The notes: generated from the sequence alone by a model not told the origin. Positions 30,012-44,702 are shown, numbered from the stretch's first letter. The stretch is 57,273 nt of DNA from Eledone cirrhosa (GCA_964016885.1 CAXHJY010000890.1:1-57273), one strand, 5' to 3'. Program-made: numbers and translations.

Positions 30012-30231
30012 GTTGGTGGTAAAGAGAAAAGGCACTTACCTCTCTGCGTCCCGGGAAACGGGCCGCTCAATTTCCATGCTGGTTGGGGATGGGTTGTTGG
30101 GTGGGGTGGTGGTTTGTGGAAGTGAAGGGGCATCGGTGTGTTGTGGGGTTGGGGTGTTTGTCGTTGAGTGGGTGTCTGGGTGGTGGTGGTGGTGGTGGTG
30201 GTGGTGGTGGTGGTGGTGGTGGTGGGGGGGT

Positions 30232-31923
30232 TTAGGAGGACGCGGTTGATTGGTTTGGCGCAGGGGGGGGGGGCACGTCCTCCGTGAAATTTATTTTCAG
30301 TGTTTTGTACAAATGCATTGGGACTTTTATCATTTTCAAATGAGGTAGTCCCACAGCAGTTATAAAGTTTGGCCCTTCAGTTTGGACCGAAGGGTTTGCT
30401 GAAATTGTTTTCCGTAATTCTTTGTTGTCTGTGTTCATGTATGTGTATTGTAAGGTCTTTTTTTGTGTAGCAGTTAGTGTTGTGTGACAGGGAGGGGTGG
30501 TTTGTGTGTAGTTTGTGTTCTCTTGGGGGGGGGGGGGGCGGTTAAAGTTAACATGTGTGTCTGTGGTGCGTCTCCTTTTCTTTCTTTTTACTTGTTGGAA
30601 GGGATCTTTTTCGTCTTGCGACGAAAGAGGTTCGTCTTCCTTGTTGGGTGGGAGGGGTATGTTTTCTGGTAGTGTTTGCGGTGTGCGTGTTTTTGTATTT
30701 GTTTTGGGTGGGGAGGGATTGGGTGGGACAGTATTCTGTGTTATTTTTTCACGTGTTTGTTGTTGTTGTTGTTGTGGTGGTGGTGGTGGTGGGGTTGTTG
30801 GTTTTTGTTGTTGTTGTGGTTGTTTTTGTTGTTGTAGTTGGGGTGGTGTTGGTGTTGGTAGCAGTGTTTTTTTCTGTGTGAGCTGGGGACAGGCAGCCCT
30901 CAGGTGACCTCTATTGCCACAGAGGTAACAGGAGGGACGCCTACCCTCCGCAATAATGTTGAGGTGGGTACGGTCATCCAGCATGACGCGCTCAGGGATT
31001 TGGGCGATGCGTTCTGGCCTTATTTGGGTCAGAACTTCGATACTCGTTCCACTGAACGCGTCGCCGGATGCCTTCCCTATTGAAATGAGGTTGTCCTCGT
31101 CTAAATTGAGGAAACCGGTTAGTAACCACCAGTAGTTTATGTTTGGGGTGATGGTGGTTATCCATATCCTCTGGGTTTTTTTACCCATGTAGGTGGGGAA
31201 GAAGGTGTAGTGTGTGGACCGAATTGGCGACACAGAGTATTTTTTTGCCGCCAATTCGTCTTTCATCAATATGGATAAACTCCCATAGAGTTTATCCTTT
31301 TGTATAAAAGTGATATCTCTCATCGCGTCTTTCAAGACTAACTGAATTTCCGCTTGAGATGGTTGCGCTGGTTTCTTTGTTTTATTTAAAATTGTTCGGA
31401 ATACGACAGTTCGTAATTCCGTCTGTCTTTTTAGCTCCGGAGGTGAATGTATAGAAAACGAACCGTTTTCGCCAAAAGACACATATTTCTTGGCTTTTTC
31501 CAGCATTTCTTTTGCTTTTGAAATATCTTCCAGCACATAAGCGACTGATAATTTAGCCGTTTGTGCAAAAGATATTTTGTTTTCGTTTTGGATTTTAGTA
31601 TTGTTTTGTTTCTCGTCGTTTGAGTTGTTTTCATCTTTGTTGTTGTTGTTGTCTTTCTCGTTTGGTGTGTGGATACTTGTGACGTTTGTGTTGTTGTTGT
31701 TTTTGTTGTCTTTATTGTTGCTGTTGTTGTCGTTGTTGTTGTTGTTGTTTTCAAATTCTTGTGTAGTTGTGGCTACATCTAGTGGTCGGTCAACATGTGA
31801 AGACAATTCTTCCTCTCTCTGACCTCTGTCTTTGGCATCTGCTGCTGTGACAGTGGCAGGGGGAAGCTGTGAGTATGACTTCCCCTTTCCTTCTTTGATT
31901 GATGGTGAAGATGCTTCAGCCAT
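30232..31923 (-). CDS. Tx1 copy B ORF1 (gag-like, CCHC knuckle); probably frameshifted at the G run ~30262, true end ~30036
   Basis: CYLCGNRGHLRAAC zinc knuckle, N-rich and P/Q/T-rich linkers, colinear homology with the 47960 ORF1. Confidence 0.85.
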   Translation of the reverse strand: MAEASSPSIKEGKGKSYSQLPPATVTAADAKDRGQREEELSSHVDRPLDVATTTQEFENNNNNNDNNSNNKDNKNNNNTNVTSIHTPNEKDNNNNKDENNSNDEKQNNTKIQNENKISFAQTAKLSVAYVLEDISKAKEMLEKAKKYVSFGENGSFSIHSPPELKRQTELRTVVFRTILNKTKKPAQPSQAEIQLVLKDAMRDITFIQKDKLYGSLSILMKDELAAKKYSVSPIRSTHYTFFPTYMGKKTQRIWITTITPNINYWWLLTGFLNLDEDNLISIGKASGDAFSGTSIEVLTQIRPERIAQIPERVMLDDRTHLNIIAEGRRPSCYLCGNRGHLRAACPQLTQKKTLLPTPTPPQLQQQKQPQQQQKPTTPPPPPPQQQQQQTREKITQNTVPPNPSPPKTNTKTRTPQTLPENIPLPPNKEDEPLSSQDEKDPFQQVKRKKRRRTTDTHVNFNRPPPPQENTNYTQTTPPCHTTLTATQKKTLQYTYMNTDNKELRKTISANPSVQTEGPNFITAVGLPHLKMIKVPMHLYKTLKINFTEDVPPPPAPNQSTASS

Positions 31924-32142
31924 TTTTTTCAAAATAGGGTTTTTCGAAGTTTTTCGAAAGATAAAATGTTCACAATACTATTTCGCCCAAAGGCGCAGAA
32001 TATTTTGAGAGACCGACCAGATCAAAATTTGACCTGGCAGTCCCTCTACAAAATGGTACAAAAATTAAAGTTAACAGACAAGAATTTCTATAGAAATTTA
32101 AACAGAACTTACTCAGCAAGTTATACGCGTGTGTCCATTAGA

Positions 32143-35139
32143 AGGTAAATAGATAGGTCTAGCATAGGCTTTCCACATTTCAAAATAACAAATTCGTGAT
32201 CTGTGAAGTTGACTTAGATAGGCTTCATAGACAGGGACCCAGCTACTGGAAGCTAAACGCGTCAATAACAGCGCACAAGGCCTACAGAGACCGGATTAGC
32301 GTAATAGTTAATCGGGCGTTGACGGGGGCCATCGTCAACAACAAATGGTGGTTCGCTCTGAAAAGAGCGATTAGAATAGAGTCCATTAGGTTTAGTAAGG
32401 CTTTAGCAATAGAGAATAATAGAGCAGAGGGAGAAATAGTTAGAAAATTAGACGAGGCGCTTAGTAAAGTCATCGCGACCGACGTACTTGCGGCGAAATT
32501 GGCCCGTGACCAATTCTTCAATGCAAAGCACGACGGCTACGTTGTCAGAGCTAGGGCACGTGCTCTCAGACACGAGGGGACGAAAGCGTTCAATGGGCCT
32601 GAGTGGCGGAGGCGCGTCGTGGCAACAAAGCACGAACCGGTCTTTGGCGAACCACGACGGGCGCATGCTACTCGATCTCGGGCAAATATGTGCGGCTTTT
32701 CAGCGACACTTCAGCTGTTCAGGAGCAGCGGCGGGCCGGATCGAGGGATCGACTTTAGTGTCTACCTCGACGGACTGCCGCAGCTCTCGGCCACTCAGGC
32801 AGAGTGGTGCGAAAAGCCGATAACAACTGCTGGACTACGGGAGGCAATGACTGGCTGCACAAGGGGTAAATCGCCTGGTTTGGATGGTCTGTTCTATGAA
32901 CGTTACGTACAGATGCCAGACTTGTTCGGAGGCCTCTGGCGGGCGTCTACTGCAACTGGCAACAGTACGGGAATATTCCCAGCTCTGTGAGCCGAGGAGC
33001 GGTGGCGCTGCTGAGAAAGGATCCGAACAAGGGGGATAACATTGATAATTTCAGGCTCATAACTCTGCTAAACACAGAGTTCAAGATTTTGGCCATGGTG
33101 CTAGCAAAGAGGTTGGCGCTTGTCGTTGGTGGTCTGGTTTGAGAGGCGCAGACATGCGCCATTCCAGAGAGATCCATCCACGACAACTTCCACCTTATGC
33201 GATACATCGTGGAAAGGTTAGCTACGGAACCTGGCACGCGTGGGTCCTTGATCAATTTAAATCAGTCGAAAGCTTTCGATAGGGTCGATCATCGTTACCT
33301 AGCGGCAGTCCTGAAGGCGGCTGGCCTTTGGCCCGTCTTCAGAGGTTGGATCGCTGCCATGTACAGCGACATCTGCTCTGTGGTGGGAGCGAACGGTCAC
33401 CTTTCGGAACCGTTCAACATCATGCGCTCGGTCCGCCAAGGATGTCCCCTCTCGTCCCTGTTGTACGTATTGACTTTCGAGCCATTGCTGTACAAACTGG
33501 AGACGTTGAGGGGGGTCCCGCGCGAAGTAGGATGCGGAAGATCCGTGTCAGCATATGCGGACGATGTCGCCGTAGTGGTGTCGAACGCCAAACACATCGA
33601 GGCGATCGGCACTACACTAATATAATACGAAGCGGTGACAGGAGCAATGATAAACCAGGAATAGTCAGTGGGCCTGCAACTCGGCACCTGGAGAGGCAGG
33701 TCCATGCCGTCCAACAGCGTCGTCAGGCGCTGGACGGACGGACCGGTTAAATTGCTAGGGATCTGGTTCGGTCCGGACAAAAACTGGGAAGAGGTGACGA
33801 GCAGGATGGCTTCTCTCACCCAGAAATGGAAGCTATCCTTGAAAGGTCGAGGGGAGGTGGGTAACGCGTACATCGCGTCCGTCATCTACTACCGCCTGAC
33901 CGTCGTACCTTGTCTTAAGCCCCGCATGACTGCGCTGGAGCGTTTGCTCTTTCGCTTTTTGTGGAAGGGACCCGCTCCGAAGGTCAGGCGGTCCATCTGC
34001 TGTCAACACACGCTATGTGAAGGGCTGGGCATGCCCTGGCTGATGATGCGCAGACACGCGCTCAGGCTACGACATCTCCACATCTTCCTAGACGGTGATC
34101 AGGTGTGGTTGCCGTTTGCTAGACGCGTCTTTCCCCAGCTCGTTTGCTTGACGGAGCTGCAGTCCTGGGTCAAGCGAAGACCGAGAGGGAGCCTTGGAGA
34201 CTGGAATGTCTTCAGGCGCTCACAGCCCTCGACCAATCGGGCAATGTGATCGGTGAAAACACCACCTTGGCGTTCTATAGAGGATTAGAAGAGGGGAAGC
34301 GCGACGACGTACGTGGAGAAACGCTAGGCGTCGATGAAAATCAACTAGCCAATCTCTTCGGAAGAACTTTCGGGCCGGGCCTATGGACAACTTTCAGAAA
34401 TCCCTGGCCTGGCAGTGCTACCGGGGAGCTTTGCCAGTTCGGGATAAACTCTACAGGCAAGGAGATGCCGTCAGCCGGGCATGTCCGAGATGCGCGTAAG
34501 GCGACGAAACCGTCCTGCACGCACTCGTCCAGTGTCCGAGCATTGCTGACAAATGGATTCTGCTGTCACGTGTAGGACGGATCCAGCTATCAGCTGAGTC
34601 CATCGTGAGGATTTCCCCTCCGCCTTCCTTTTGCCGGGAAGGGCAGGCAGTTTTTATCTGTCTGGTGGCCATGGCGAAAGAGATAGTAATGGTGGACACG
34701 TTTGAAAGGGCTGAAGACGAGCACTTACCTCTTCGGTGATGCCCTGATTAACTTTTTCAAATTTCATTTGAAAAGGAAAATCAGGGTAGAGAGGGAACTG
34801 CTCTCTTCCCAGCATTTTGTTGAAAGATGGGTGAGAGAAGCAAGTATGGCCCGAGTGAATGGGCCTACTCTGAGTAAGTGTCTGTAAATTAAAGCTGGAA
34901 AACTGGGAGAAGGCACTTGCCCTGGTGGTCAGGGTCACTGTAGGCTTTTAATGGGCTTTCCCCACAAATGTCCCTCGGAAGTCTCCCCCCTATTGGGGAA
35001 TTTTTCATTGTTAATTTTTTGTTACAACCTCTGTTTTTGTTTGTTTACACGCAGAAATGCTCATTTGTACCGTCCTGTATTGTCCTGTACTGTCCTTACT
35101 GTCTACTTTATGTAAACCCCTGTGGTTAATAAAGAAAGC
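32143..35139 (+). mobile_element. Tx1-clade LINE copy D, 3' part, decayed, (ATT)n tail at 35140-35160
   Basis: ORF2 fragments with SYWKLN, SPGLDG, KAFDRVDH, QGCPLS, YADD; multiple stops and frameshifts; 3' UTR. Confidence 0.9.
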
Positions 35140-36882
35140 ACTATTATTATTATTATTATTTAATTTAAAATTGTTAACTCGATAAACACCAAACATAGTG
35201 AGGAAACAGTTTACTTCTCGTTGAAATAGGAGTAACAAAGAAATTCCAGAGTAGACACTTGGTGTTTTATTACATGTTGATGCATAGTGAGGTCTAGTGT
35301 TTAGGTTCACATACACGTGTGTGTGTGTCCGTGAAACATATACACATACCCATATTCGCAAGTTTGGGAGGATAAATTTTCTCCTGGCAAGTGAAGGATT
35401 TTAGTACCAGAGGTTTCAGGTTGTCACTTCAGAATTATCTTGACATTTTATTCTAATCCAAATTGTATGTATGAAGTGAAATCTTTAGGGCATCGAATAA
35501 TATTTGAAACAAATATAGTCATTGTTACAGTTAGTTTTATGCCGGTATTTTTTCAAATTTGTTTTATACTTTTCATTGAAGAAATTTCCGCATAAACAGT
35601 CCATTTTTACGCACAGCATGACATAGTGATTACATTAAAAAACGTTTTCATAAATAATGCAAGATTGAAAGCCAATTCAAAATAAAGTAAATCAAATACA
35701 TTTGATAATGGCAATATGGATATTTTCAATTCTTTTTTTTACATGCGTTTATAAAAATAAAATATAAAACGGAAATATATGAATTAAATTCATAATTTGT
35801 TATGCAATTATATTTGACAACTTGAAAATATTTAGCAGACAACTGGCTTCGAAATATATTGAATGATTATATTTCTTTCTCATATTTGACAGGAATATCA
35901 GATTCCATGCAGGTAGTACTGAATATTTTATTTAGGCTTTTTCCCAATTCATATTCATCATATTTCCTCTTCCTTGTGAATTTTTATTTTGAGGTGTTTA
36001 TTATAAATATATACATATATGATTGAAATTTTGAAAAGTGGCATCTGGAATTCTGAAATATAAACTTCAATGTTTTCTGCTACAGTCAATGTTTATTGAA
36101 TCTTGTTTTTATTTTATTTGAGAATTGTAATACATTATTTGTTGAGAGACAATTCTGTAAATGTATCTATCGTTACATCAAAATTAAATTCATTAATCAT
36201 GCAGCATTGTACGCTATCCGAAAAGAAATACATGAACGAAGATATAATGCATCTGTTTGACTATAGGTGTAGGAAATATTATTTTGTAAACGAAATACAC
36301 ACACACCATGCGTGTATTAATACAAGCTTTAATAGGATACACTCCTCATGGACGATGTATGACGAAACAAATTAGTCAATGAGCAGGTCAGAGAATGTGT
36401 GTTGAAAGCCTTTTGACAATAAACAAACAACCATCTGATTATATAAAAAACAAAATAGAAATTTGAAATAAATGGATGTGAAAAGCAACAGGTGTGCGTG
36501 CGTGTGTATCTATTGGCAGATAGGCCCTCCCAAAGTATAACAATATCTGTTTCAACTCATGTTTTCAGATAAGAAATCTTCGAAAGCAAATACAAAAGTG
36601 GTGTATGTATATATATATATATATATATATGAAATGGCGTTTCGCTTATTTCTACCCACCGAAATACGATTCTCGCTGAATTTATATAAATATATAAAAT
36701 TAGGTAAATATCTCTCTGGGTACTAAGTACCCATAGAGATATATAGGGTGTCTATAATATAATTGTTGTTCGATGGTACTAATTTGAGATACCAGAACTA
36801 TAAAAATTGAGATGAGCAAAACAAAAAAACATTAAACAATTCTTTAAAAAAATAAAAAAATGATTTAAATATCTACCTGTTC

Positions 36883-36971
36883 AAATGCTATTACCGGCGG
36901 TTTCGGTTTACAAAAGATTAGAAATTCAGAGAATTTCTAACGGAAAAGTAAAGTTCATCAGATAGCTATTT
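36883..36971 (-). ncRNA. Type I hammerhead ribozyme with 50-nt expanded stem II (orphan)
   Basis: Minus strand: GCTAT-CTGATGA-..TTTAC..TTAGAAATTC/GAATTTCTAA..GTAAA..-GAAA-CCGCCGG-TA-ATAGC. GUA triplet. Confidence 0.8.
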
Positions 36972-37089
36972 CCACTCTAAAGGACTAAGTTCCACAATCT
37001 GCAAATATATTGCCAACTACTAGCTCGTATGAGTTATGGCCGTTAATGTGACCCACACGTGGACTGGCTGCTTATATATATATATATAT

Positions 37090-37609
37090 AAACGGAACAA
37101 ATTTCATTTCTCACTCTTTGTACGGCTGTTACATAAATATAAGTACATACGTACATACATATATGTATACATACGTACAGTAGTATGTATATATACATAC
37201 ATGCACACATACACATATGTACGTATGGATTCACCGAACATTTATTATAATGCTCGGTGTGGTTGTAAACAAACATCCCGAATTAAGTCGTACAGTGTCT
37301 AGCAACCATCGTTGCTCATTTGTTCAACACTGACAAAGGAACGCTGTACTAGTTTCAAGCTTATTAGCTATCGTCAGCAACATATACATTCCTGCCAGAT
37401 GATTGAATGTCTGAAAGTATATACTTTCCTTATGGATATTAACGGCTGAGCAGCCTAATTTGCATATCGTGTGAGTTAATCGGCCGGGCGCACCGAATAC
37501 GATAAACTGAAAAAAATGAAACGAAATTTCATTTCTCACTCTTAGTACGGCTGTTACTTAAATATAAGTATGTATATGTACATACATATATGTATACATA
37601 CGTACAGTA

Positions 37610-37706
<97 letters not shown>

Positions 37707-37903
37707 CATGCACACATATATATATATGGTTGCTAGACACTGTACGGCTTAATTCGGGATGTTTGTTTACAAACACACCGAGCATTATAATGAATGTTCG
37801 GTGAATCCATACGTACACATATATATATGTGTGCATGTATGTATATATATACACATACTACTGTACGTCTGTATACATATATGTATGTACGTATATATAC
37901 TTA

Positions 37904-37905
<2 letters not shown>
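37090..37905 (-). mobile_element. Non-coding PLE-derived element with direct and inverted repeats and an HHR
   Basis: 37098-37310 is partly repeated directly at 37524-37725 and inverted at 37726-37905. TA flanks; HHR inside. Confidence 0.7.
37341..37383 (-). ncRNA. Minimal type I hammerhead ribozyme
   Basis: Minus strand: ATGTTG-CTGACGA-TAGC-TAATAA-GCTT-GAAA-CTAG-TA-CAGCGT. Palindromic ACTAGT stem III, GUA triplet. Confidence 0.82.
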
Positions 37906-37934
<29 letters not shown>

Positions 37935-37940
37935 ATTTAA

Positions 37941-38215
37941 GTAAGTAGGATAGAAGTTACTCTTGCAACATATATGTAAACGTTATTGGCATATTACAAT
38001 CGCTTCAATATCGATCAGCTCAGAGTACTATCATAATTGGTACATCCTGCTTGCATGTGTCATTGCACATATAATCATGCCTATCTGGCGATATGTCAGG
38101 GACGAATTTGGTCCCGGTCATTATGATTCTACCCTGAACTGATCAATATTGAAACGATTGTAATATGCCAATAAATTTACATATATGCTGCAAAAGTAAC
38201 TTCTATCCTACTTAC
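37941..38215. mobile_element. Fold-back/MITE-like element with ~97-bp imperfect terminal inverted repeats
   Basis: GTAAGTAGGATAGAAGTTAC...ATCATAAT (37941-38037) is the reverse complement of ATTATGAT...GTAACTTCTATCCTACTTAC (38120-38215), with scattered mismatches. Confidence 0.7.
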
Positions 38216-39220
38216 ACCGCCTTCGTTTTTCTCAATCTGCTCTAGGATGCTTTACAAAAGAGTCGAGCTGTGATAGTGTGCCGTTTTAAGGAGGCTTCTA
38301 CAGCCAAGTAAAAGCACACAGAAAAGTTAGTAATGCTACATAGCACATAACAGTCTTTAAGCTATTCCCTTTGTTATTTAAACAACTCAAAACATCTCAA
38401 CTACAGTTCAAACTACAGATGAAAAACAACTTTTCTTCGCCCATGTGTCAGCCAAAAGCCTAAAGAGAGTCTTCTCGCCGCTTGGAACATCAAGCTTAAG
38501 TAGTGAAAGAGGCATTCGCAGGGAAGAAAAACTTAACACGTCTCATCAGTAACAATAATGGAGCTAAAGGCGTGCGAAGCACTGCCCCCCCCCCCCGGGA
38601 GCAGATACAAACTATGCAGTATGGAAATGCCTAAACATACTAAGATCTGGTGTTTGTCGTCAAAGGTTACTCTTGCAAAATGGGAATATTTAAAGGATGG
38701 GACGTTATGTGACTACGGCATCTAAACACAGACTTCGCAGCACCTTCTGATATACTCGCTAATGGAACACTCCTGCACAGCATCGGACTTGGCAGAATTT
38801 TATCAAAAAGGACAGCAATGCGTTCAGCTGTGGCCAACCACATCTGGCCAATCTTTTTAACTGACTGTCTTGTGGGTGGACACGACAAGAAAAAGAACCC
38901 AGAAATCATATCGGTAAAAGCTGTGATTTTTTTATTCTATTAACATGGATCATTCGAGGATTTCAAATGTCCTGATGAGAAATTAATAAATCTATTTGCA
39001 CTTAAAAGATGTTTTAATTTCCTCACTTCAAATTTCTTCAAAAAGTAATTGAGTGGATAAGATGAAGTTTTCTCGAGGGCTTAAAATGTTCTAAACTACA
39101 ACCAGATTCTCACAGCAACACTAATGTAGACTTGTACAATCATATACTTTTCCTTTCTCAAATACCAACGATCTGCTTCACGCTTAACAAACAGATACAT
39201 TTAAACAAATCAAAGGAAGT

Positions 39221-39221
<1 letters not shown>

Positions 39222-39287
<66 letters not shown>
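39222..39287. repeat. (ACT)n microsatellite
   Basis: About 22 perfect ACT units. Confidence 0.97.
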
Positions 39288-39288
<1 letters not shown>

Positions 39289-39880
39289 GTTTCGTTAAGA
39301 TATAAATCATTTTAGTGATAAGTTATAGCCAGAATTTACGACATGAGCGCTGTCTGTCTCAGTGATGTTATGAAATAAAGATCTAGATAATGAACTGTAA
39401 CAAAATAACTGCATAATTCTTCCAGTCTAATTTCCTCTCCATCTAGCTATCTATCTTTCAACCCATCGATATTTAACTAACTCTCTCTCTCAGTGAAATG
39501 GCTAAAAAAATCACGAAGAAAAAATAAAATATATATATACATATATATCAGAATTGATACCAATGTTGGTAAGGCTAAGGTCACCACTAAGAGAGCGAGA
39601 AAACTACATACAAAAATGTGAACATTTCTCCCTAAATCTGTATGTAAAAGCAATTTTCCCCATATTCTTATTATTCGTATTAACATGCAGTTTAATTGAA
39701 TTTTACATTTCCGTCGTTGAAAAAACATATAAGCTGAAACCGGTACAATTAATGCGGAAATTCCTATTTTGTAATTGAAATGTTTTGATGTTATTCTGAG
39801 AGAAAATGTCGTTACCATTTTCTACTGTTTTTTTCTTTTTTACTACTTTTATACCCCCCATATATGTATATATATACAAA

Positions 39881-40539
39881 TCGGACACATGTACGTTTAT
39901 ATTAGTGTTCATCTCAATTATATTCAATTATATTACACGGCTCGGAAAAGCTTTTTTCTTAGAGCTATTTAATTGTAAGAGACTATTTTCGGTTTCTAAC
40001 TCAGTATATATTTGTCGGCTCCATTATGTAGAGCTAATTTTAATGTCGTGTTAACCAGGATGCTATTTTTAGCGACATAGGTTTTCGAGACAAGCTAGGC
40101 TTCGAAGACATGTACGTTATTTTATATCGCACACATTTCAGTCTTCTAATATTTTTAGAATTGGAAGGATCGCTAATTTCTTGACACCTACTGACGAGCA
40201 GAGATACGGTGATGACTTCGCTTAATATGATTTTTGCCAACAGTTTCTATAACTGTCTAGGTCTTTTCAGGCCCAATATAGGTTTGTTATTATTTTTCTT
40301 AATTTACTACTTTAAATTGAGTCTGGCAAACCATATTGTTGTAGTTAGTATTTTTCTCCTAGCAAACCTGGTTCTTACAATTCGGACTCATGTATGTGTA
40401 TATGAGTCTTCATCTCAATTATATTCAATTATATTACATGGCTCGGAAAAGCTTTTTTCTTAGAGCTATTTAATTGTAAGAGGTTATTTTGAGTTTCTAA
40501 CTCAGTATATATTGGTTGGCTCCATCATGTAGAGCTAAC

Positions 40540-40545
<6 letters not shown>
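39881..40545 (+). mobile_element. Non-coding element with ~164-bp terminal direct repeats and a decayed HHR
   Basis: 39881-40044 is similar to 40382-40545. HHR-like fold at 40186-40262 has CAA in place of GAAA. TA flanks. Confidence 0.6.
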
Positions 40546-40599
<54 letters not shown>

Positions 40600-40641
40600 T
40601 TATTAAAATGACAGATTAAAGTTTAAGCAAAGAATCGCTTT

Positions 40642-40672
<31 letters not shown>

Positions 40673-40712
40673 TTATGTACATATACATATATATATATAT
40701 ATATATATGTGC

Positions 40713-40769
<57 letters not shown>

Positions 40770-41147
40770 TAAATATATATATATATATATATATGTACAT
40801 AAATATATATATATATATGTATATAAATATATATATATAAATATATGTACATAAATATATATATATCATAAATCATGTCTTTAGAATCATCAGATAAAAT
40901 ATAAACTATTTCTTCTTCTAATTAGCATAATTAACCATATAAAAAAATCAATTATATAAAGCTATAAGAAGAAAGGCTCTTATGGAGAAATCTCCGACAA
41001 ATAACCGAACGTAGCCTCTTCGCGGTGGCCCAATCGAGTATTTATCCAACATTTCGACAGCATGTAGAAATTGACTAAATATATCATCAACCATACACAA
41101 TTAGGTGTAAAATTAAACTTAGAAGAAATGCGTACATACCGTAATTA

Positions 41148-41226
41148 TATCTCTACCATGGTTTCTTCCTTATTTTTAGACATCCAAATAATAGGAATGT
41201 CCTGAGTTAGGATTCATCAGGAGACA
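41148..41226 (-). ncRNA. Type I hammerhead ribozyme with 48-nt two-hairpin stem II region
   Basis: Minus strand: TGTCTC-CTGATGA-(TCCT/AGGA and TTCCT..TTATTT/AAATAAGGAA hairpins)-GAAA-CCATGG-TA-GAGATA. Palindromic ACCATGGT, GUA triplet. Confidence 0.75.
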
Positions 41227-41804
41227 AACTTAAAATCAGACATCTAGTTTTTCAATTCGATCCCGCCAAAACTAGATTAAAAAATGGCTAAGAATCGCTA
41301 TGTGGCTGTGGTCAAGCCAGAAATAATGTGATTGGTTGCTTACGGCGGGTAGGCTTGCTGCTAGAAAGCGCAGCCAAATATCGCCAAATTTAATCTCAAC
41401 CTATCGGGAGATTATTAAATATAAAGGTTAACATATACATAACGTTATAGATATATACATGTTGCAACTGGTCACTTTTAAGCTCTATGAAGAATTAATA
41501 AATTAAAAAATCAGAGCAATATATCATAAATCATGTCTTTAGAATCATCAGATCAAATATATACTATTTCTTCTTCTAATTGGCATAATTAACCACATAA
41601 AAAATCAATTATATCAAGCTATAAGAAGAAAGGCTCTTATGGAGAAATCTCCGGCAAATAACCGAACGTAGCCTCTTCGCGGTGGCCCAATCGAGTATTT
41701 ATCCAACATTTCGACAGCATGTAGAAATTGACTAAATATATCATCAACCATACACAATTAGGTGTAAAATTAAACTTAGAAGAAATGCGTACATACCGTA
41801 ATTA

Positions 41805-41883
41805 TATCTCTACCATGGTTTTTTCCTTATTTTTAGACATCCAAATAATAGGAATGTCCTGAGTTAGGATTCATCAGGAGACA
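41805..41883 (-). ncRNA. Second HHR copy with core mutation GAAA>AAAA
   Basis: Matches 41148-41226 except plus-strand GGTTTTTTCC versus GGTTTCTTCC. Confidence 0.65.
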
Positions 41884-41939
41884 AACTCAAAATCAGACAT
41901 CTAGTTTTTCAATCCGTAAATGAATTTTCAATTCATAAA

Positions 41940-44481
<2,542 letters not shown>

Positions 44482-44702
44482 ATATTGTTATATTTGGGGA
44501 GGGTCATATTTGCGTAATATTGCCAGAATTAATAACAGAACACACTCACTGTTTGGTTGGTTTTCGCTTCTCGCTGTCTTTTATATATATATATCTGCGA
44601 TCTAACTTACTCGGTCCTCAATGTTGCCATTGACTGACCGGCGGTCAAAAATAATACAGATACAATATAGACAAACACATATATATATAGTTTACATAAA
44701 TC

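Larger units (their letters stand above)
26324..32142 (-). mobile_element. Full-length Tx1-clade LINE (copy B) with 13-bp TSD AGGTAAATAGATA
   Basis: ORF1 and ORF2 present. TSD at 26311-26323 and 32143-32155. AATAAA near the 3' end. Confidence 0.92.
40861..41913 (-). mobile_element. Retrozyme-like/non-autonomous PLE element: two ~396-bp direct repeats, each with an HHR
   Basis: 40861-41256 and 41519-41913 are near-identical. HHRs at 41148-41226 and 41805-41883. No substantial ORF. Flanked by TA satellite. Confidence 0.72.

Noticed and set aside
39710-39755. GAAACCGGTA palindromic stem III-like motif
   Set aside because: No recognisable CTGANGA upstream; at best a heavily decayed HHR.
35161-39870. 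Short ORFs as possible host exons
   Set aside because: No recognisable domains or convincing exon structure; small exons cannot be excluded without RNA data.
40887-40893. Extra CTGATGA motifs (40887 and its repeat copy, 38543 minus, 38972 plus)
   Set aside because: No stem II plus GAAA plus stem III/I arrangement could be built.
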